Positions 59,801-64,000 of a stretch of 64,000 nucleotides of DNA are shown here, piece after piece. Both the position numbers and the translations under genes were made by a program. The stretch lies in assembly GCA_964234715.1 (NCBI GenBank), contig OZ174276.1. One strand, written 5' to 3'. The notes beneath the pieces were generated by a model. That model was not told the origin of the DNA, searched no databases, and saw only the letters and a program-made list of their open reading frames with translations. The stretch comes from Podarcis melisellensis (taxonomy: Eukaryota). How positions within the stretch are numbered: position 1 is the first letter of the stretch; every line of letters begins with the position of its first letter.

Positions 59801-62800
59801 AATATGTGCATCACTGTATAGAGTTGCCTATGTGCCCCTTGTTATCTGTCTCCTTTGCTACCCCCACCTAGTTCCTCCCTTGTCTCCCGTTTGTTGAATT
59901 TTTGAATGCGAGCCCACTGATGTTTTTTTTCTTAATCGTAACACAAGGTGCATTGATGGCAGTATATAAGCATAGTGAATTACATAGCACAGAATTTTCC
60001 CTGTATTTTCAGTATCTCTCAGCAATAGAAGCAACTTCTTTGTTCCTTTTTAACGAAAATCTTAGATTCTCTGCATTCAACATGAGTTCCTTGCTGCCAT
60101 TCCTCACCTGCCAAGTACCAGAGTAGTATGGCCACAATCGGATAGTACCTGGATTCTTCTCCCTTGTCATGTTCATGGCAGTGATTGAGCATGTCAGAGC
60201 CTTGCATTTGCCTCATGAAATGTCAAGGAAGCATTAAGATAAGCCTTTTAGATATTCCAAATGAATTGGTACCAACTTTCACCTTCTAGCTAGAGGTCAG
60301 GAGAGAAAAGTTCTATTCCAGCCTTCTCTCTGACATCCTCATCTCAGGGAAGAGTTTTCTTTGCAGGGACGTTCAGTCATATAAAATGTCCTAAAGTGGT
60401 ACAGCCCAGACATGGGTCCAGTCTCTGCAGTGTGAACTAGACCATAGTGTTGTGGGTTGGAGATAAGGATATTGTGCCCAGTGTGGGGTGCTTCATGATA
60501 AATCCAGTCATTAAATAAGCTGGTTAGGTGGGATATTATCCAGGGTCTAAGCCTCTGTTGTGTGTCATCTCCTCACCCCCAAACTACAGATTAATTAATT
60601 GTCTACTTTGTTTTGTTTAGAGCAAATTGCACCGAATACTTCCCAATATTTCTTTCACTCTTGTGGGTGGCTGGAGTCTTTTCCCATCAAGGTAAAAAGC
60701 AAACCTTAATTCATAAAACTCTTAATGTGAAAAGCATAAAACGTTTTTGTCAGCTAAGCTGCTGCCGCTGCGCTACGTACGCAGCTGCAAAATGATGTCT
60801 GTTGCTCCATAAAGGGTGGCCCTCAGCTGCCGTGTCATCTCAGTGCAAGAGTTCTGCTTGTGCAATGGGACTTCCCCCCACCCCTCTTTCCTGTCTGGAG
60901 AGAGGGAGAACTTTCTTTTGGGCAAGTAGAAATCATCGTGCTATAACATTATTGCATATTGTAAGCAAAGGGTTCAAGTCTTCTGCTCTTTGTATGAGGT
61001 GGCTTCATGCTTCAGGTTAAAAGTGGGCAACTTATTTTGCTTCTGAAGATCACGTGTGATGGGTGGCCACTCAGGGGCCTCATTCCACTGGGCTGATGTT
61101 GGCCGTTGCCTGCACATCTGTTTTATGTCTCTCATGTGCAGACACGTGCGCGCCCTCACTCACTCACACATGCACACTCTGTTGCTTGCACACATTCATG
61201 GTAAAAATGATTGCTGCAAGTGTCTTTCACTGCAAAGTGTGACTAATATAACCTGTAAGTCATGACCCAATCAGAGATACAGGCACGCAGGGGGTTTAAG
61301 ATGTCAGTATCCTGTCTGTACTTGACTTGCTTGCTGCAGGAAGCAGTGGTGAAACTACAGCAGTTGTTTCTGCCACATGTAATGTGTGAAGCCACTCTAA
61401 CATGTTTTTACCCTCAGTTTTGCTTGCAAGTTTGTGAAAGGGTGAAAACAAATGCTCATTTGAGCCACTTCTTGAAAATGTTTTGTGTACCATGTGACAT
61501 AATGGCCCAATCCACATAGCAAGTCCTTTCCTCCCCAAATTCCCTTTGGTTGTGGTAACATGGTAATTCTGGAACCTAGGGGGGAAATGTTTAAAGTTCC
61601 AGAAAAGTCACTATGCTGTCAGGGGGAGGGCTAAGTAGAACCCTTCTCTTCTGACCTCTAGCTGGGAGGTGCTCTGACCTTCCAAGTTGGTGCTGATTGA
61701 TTTGGAAGACCTCAAAGGCTTATTTTAATGCTTTTAATGCAAAAACAAGAATCCTGTGGCAACTTAAACACTGACAAATTTAATGTGGCACAATAGCACA
61801 GGATGCCTTCAAGTAGTGATGGTGTGGTAAATAGTTGTTTTCACTATTAAAGCAAGGCTAATGCAGACGCTGTTGTGACCTCAGACTAAAGGCCTCCTGC
61901 TTTGCTTTGGTTCCCTTCTCCAAATAACTGATGGATGTGGACTTCTGCAGAACTTTGTGTGCTTAGATGTATCTTGAGAGTTGCTGTAGCATAGTGCTTA
62001 AGAGCATGAACTGTAAGCGTAAGCTTTTGATGGGTTTTTTGTTTGAAAATAGGGTCAATCTTCCCGAGTCTTTCCATAATAACTACTTTGATTGTCTCCT
62101 CCTATAGTTTTGGCTGCATGCTGTGGGGTTCTTTATCTGATTGCCCGCTATCAGTACTTTAGTGGATATGCACGATGTACTCAAGGAAGGTGAGTTGTTC
62201 TAAGCACAATGCTCTGTGTTTTTCCATGTGCCAGTCAGCTTCTCTCTCAAATAGGCAAGTGGCTGTCTGCCACCTCTGGATCTGCAGTCTTACTGGCATC
62301 TGCAGTCTTACTGGCATCTGCAGTCTTACTGGCAGCCTAACCTTGTATCCCTTCAGGCTACTAATGGGGGGCGGGCATACAGAGTCGAGTGCTCTTCCAT
62401 ACCAAACACATTCCTTACTTATAGAAAACTAAGTATCCGGGGGGCATTACCGTTTTCCTGGCATCTAGATTTCTATGTGTAGGCATGTGTTGTAGTTTCT
62501 TGATGCAGAGGTGCATTTAAACCCATGAGCTCCAACTGCAGTCTGAAATGATACACCCCACAAACAGACTGACCACTTTACTGAGAGCAGTACCTTGCTC
62601 CAGCAACCACAGGTGGCTCACATTCTTGATCTCCTTTTTACAAAACCTCTTTGGAAAACCCCACAATCCTGCTGTTCCACAGGTGTATCATTGCATGTGG
62701 CCTAGCACTGGCAGCCCTGCTTAAGGATGTCCCATGCCCTGCAATCATTATAGAGGGGTGGGGCTTGGACTTGACTGGTGACTTTCTTAGGAAAGAGAAC

Positions 62801-63300
62801 AGGAAGGGGGGTCACCGGACAGGAGCTTCATAAGTCCTGTAAGTAACTGTATGGTTACATCCCATACAGGTCCTCCTTGGCTCCCAGTTCCAACAGGATC
62901 CTGTGTTATATGGAAAACTTTCTATTTGTTGAAATTCTGTTTGGTGTTGTCATCAGAAATGTCCAAATAAATTAGAAAAAGATTTAAAACCAGATTTAAC
63001 AAATGGTAGACATGAGGTTGTGAGAGCTAAAACTTTTCTATACTTTCAAACTAATTGCAGTTGTCTCAAAGCCTATTTATCATATTACTATGGAAATCAT
63101 CACCCAAGAGAAGCTTTTAATAAGTGTCACAACGGACCACCCGATCCTAATAGTAACTAGCATCTTGTGTTCTTGTTCCTCCCCACAGACTCGCCCCCTT
63201 GTACCTCAGTGCTGGAGTTCTTTGCATTCTCATTGGCTTATCTGTGACAGGGCTCCTTGTCTATTTTGTGCCGCTCCCACATTTTCTATTCCCGAAGTGA
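53815..63300 (+). CDS. LTC4S: Leukotriene C4 synthase (MAPEG family), complete spliced CDS (5 exons, 423 nt, 140 aa)
   Basis: Exons 53815-53872, 56652-56751, 60621-60691, 62108-62189, 63189-63300. Protein [145 protein letters not shown] motif FERxFRAQxNCxE; R30, R31, R51, N55, E58, Y59, Y93, Y97 and R104 are conserved. Synteny after MAML1. Confidence 0.93.
55167..55303. mobile_element. Palindromic hAT-like MITE
   Basis: ggactccagctcccatcat ... atgatgggagttgtagttc ... catctggagggccac inverted arrangement. Confidence 0.6.
55679..56046 (-). mobile_element. Sauria SINE, young, full length
   Basis: The minus strand begins gggacgcaggtggcgctgtggg; (ggtaaa)3 tail; CpGs retained. Confidence 0.9.
56652..56751 (+). 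CDS. LTC4S: LTC4S coding exon 2
   Basis: cag|[34 protein letters not shown]|gtaagt, 100 nt. Confidence 0.94.
58545..58900 (+). mobile_element. Degraded L2 LINE fragment
   Basis: [13 protein letters not shown]...KLQSAQ motif. Confidence 0.55.
60621..60691 (+). CDS. LTC4S: LTC4S coding exon 3
   Basis: tag|[23 protein letters not shown]|gtaaa, 71 nt. Confidence 0.94.
62108..62189 (+). CDS. LTC4S: LTC4S coding exon 4
   Basis: tag|[28 protein letters not shown]|gtgagt, 82 nt. Confidence 0.93.
62280..62333. repeat. 18-bp tandem repeat x3 (atctgcagtcttactggc)
   Basis: Three perfect units in LTC4S intron 4. Confidence 0.9.
63189..63300 (+). CDS. LTC4S: LTC4S coding exon 5
   Basis: cag|[39 protein letters not shown]; ATTAAA at 63401 and 63491 downstream. 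Confidence 0.92.
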
Positions 63301-64000
63301 GCTTCTGAGTCAGCGTCTACTGCTCTTCTGCTGGTAAATTATCCTGCTTATGACACCATAGGTTTCAACTTTCATTCCAACATTCATTTCATTTCTTTAA
63401 ATTAAAATGATTGTACATCTTTCTTTTTTAAAAAAAGCAATTTTGTGACGGTACATTTCTTAGCTGTGTTGTGGTTGCAACAGTTTTTACATTAAAAGTG
63501 ACATTGGGTCAACTTCAACTAGCAGGAGAGAGTGAGCGAGAGATTTAGAGTAACAATTATTTGTTTGTGCCAGCAAGTTTTGGGAGTCATCAGTGAGCTC
63601 TGAGGTGGCCAGCCCAGTTTGCCTCTCAGAAACTCTGCTCCAACATGATGGTTTCTAAACAGTATCTGTCATAACCAAGCTGTGAATTCCTGTCTGAAGC
63701 AAGAACTTACTATATCTGGTAAGGGTGAGGACTAACCTGTGGTCTTACGGATGTTGTTGAATTTCAATTTGTTTTGGAGCTTCTCTTTCCCCCCTCCTTA
63801 AGGTTTTTTATCAACCTTTTCCTTTTATTGAACCTTTGCTTGCATGTGGCTGCCTTATACAATACATTTAACTTAGTAATGTCTTCTGTGTGGCTGCAAG
63901 TCTCCAATATCTCAGGCAAAGCAGGACCTTCCTCCATGCAAAATGGCTGTACTTTGTGCTCCAGTTGGAAACCACAATGCTGCTTTTATTTATGCCTCAG

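Noticed and set aside
60019-62077. Additional minus-strand ORFs in LTC4S introns (60019-60216, 61886-62077) as more exons of the antisense relic
   Set aside because: Protein-like, but I could not match any motif; unsupported without a database search.
62651-62833. ORF with [12 protein letters not shown] as a candidate LTC4S exon 4
   Set aside because: Wrong phase (a stop follows when spliced). The true exon 4 with RYQYFSGY is at 62108-62189.

Overview
Eukaryotic genomic DNA, most likely from a squamate (lizard), judging by the Sauria-type SINEs, Penelope ends and lizard-type MITEs. It carries the conserved vertebrate block CANX - MAML1 - LTC4S, all on the + strand. All coding exons could be spliced by hand with GT-AG junctions and consistent phases. 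CANX has 14 coding exons (4650-19898, 608 aa; its non-coding exon 1 is probably upstream of the window). MAML1 has 5 exons (25342-42843, 1059/1060 aa) behind a CpG-island promoter. LTC4S has 5 exons (53815-63300, 140 aa). The most notable unexplained signal is a series of minus-strand, frameshifted peptide fragments at ~52.2-53.0 kb, with weaker ones at ~47.5-51.7 kb and ~56.9-57.9 kb. They resemble, in colinear order, the C-terminal GREB1/TAGT (glycosyltransferase-like) region, suggesting a decayed, divergent GREB1-family gene antisense to and possibly interleaved with LTC4S. This is a by-eye comparison to remembered sequences and needs a profile search. Other observations: a 79-bp perfect-arm Penelope palindrome with a 12-bp TSD and hammerhead-ribozyme motifs just upstream of MAML1, two MAML1 uORFs, LTC4S with Cys at the Trp116 position, and two near-identical SINEs flanking the first LTC4S coding exon.
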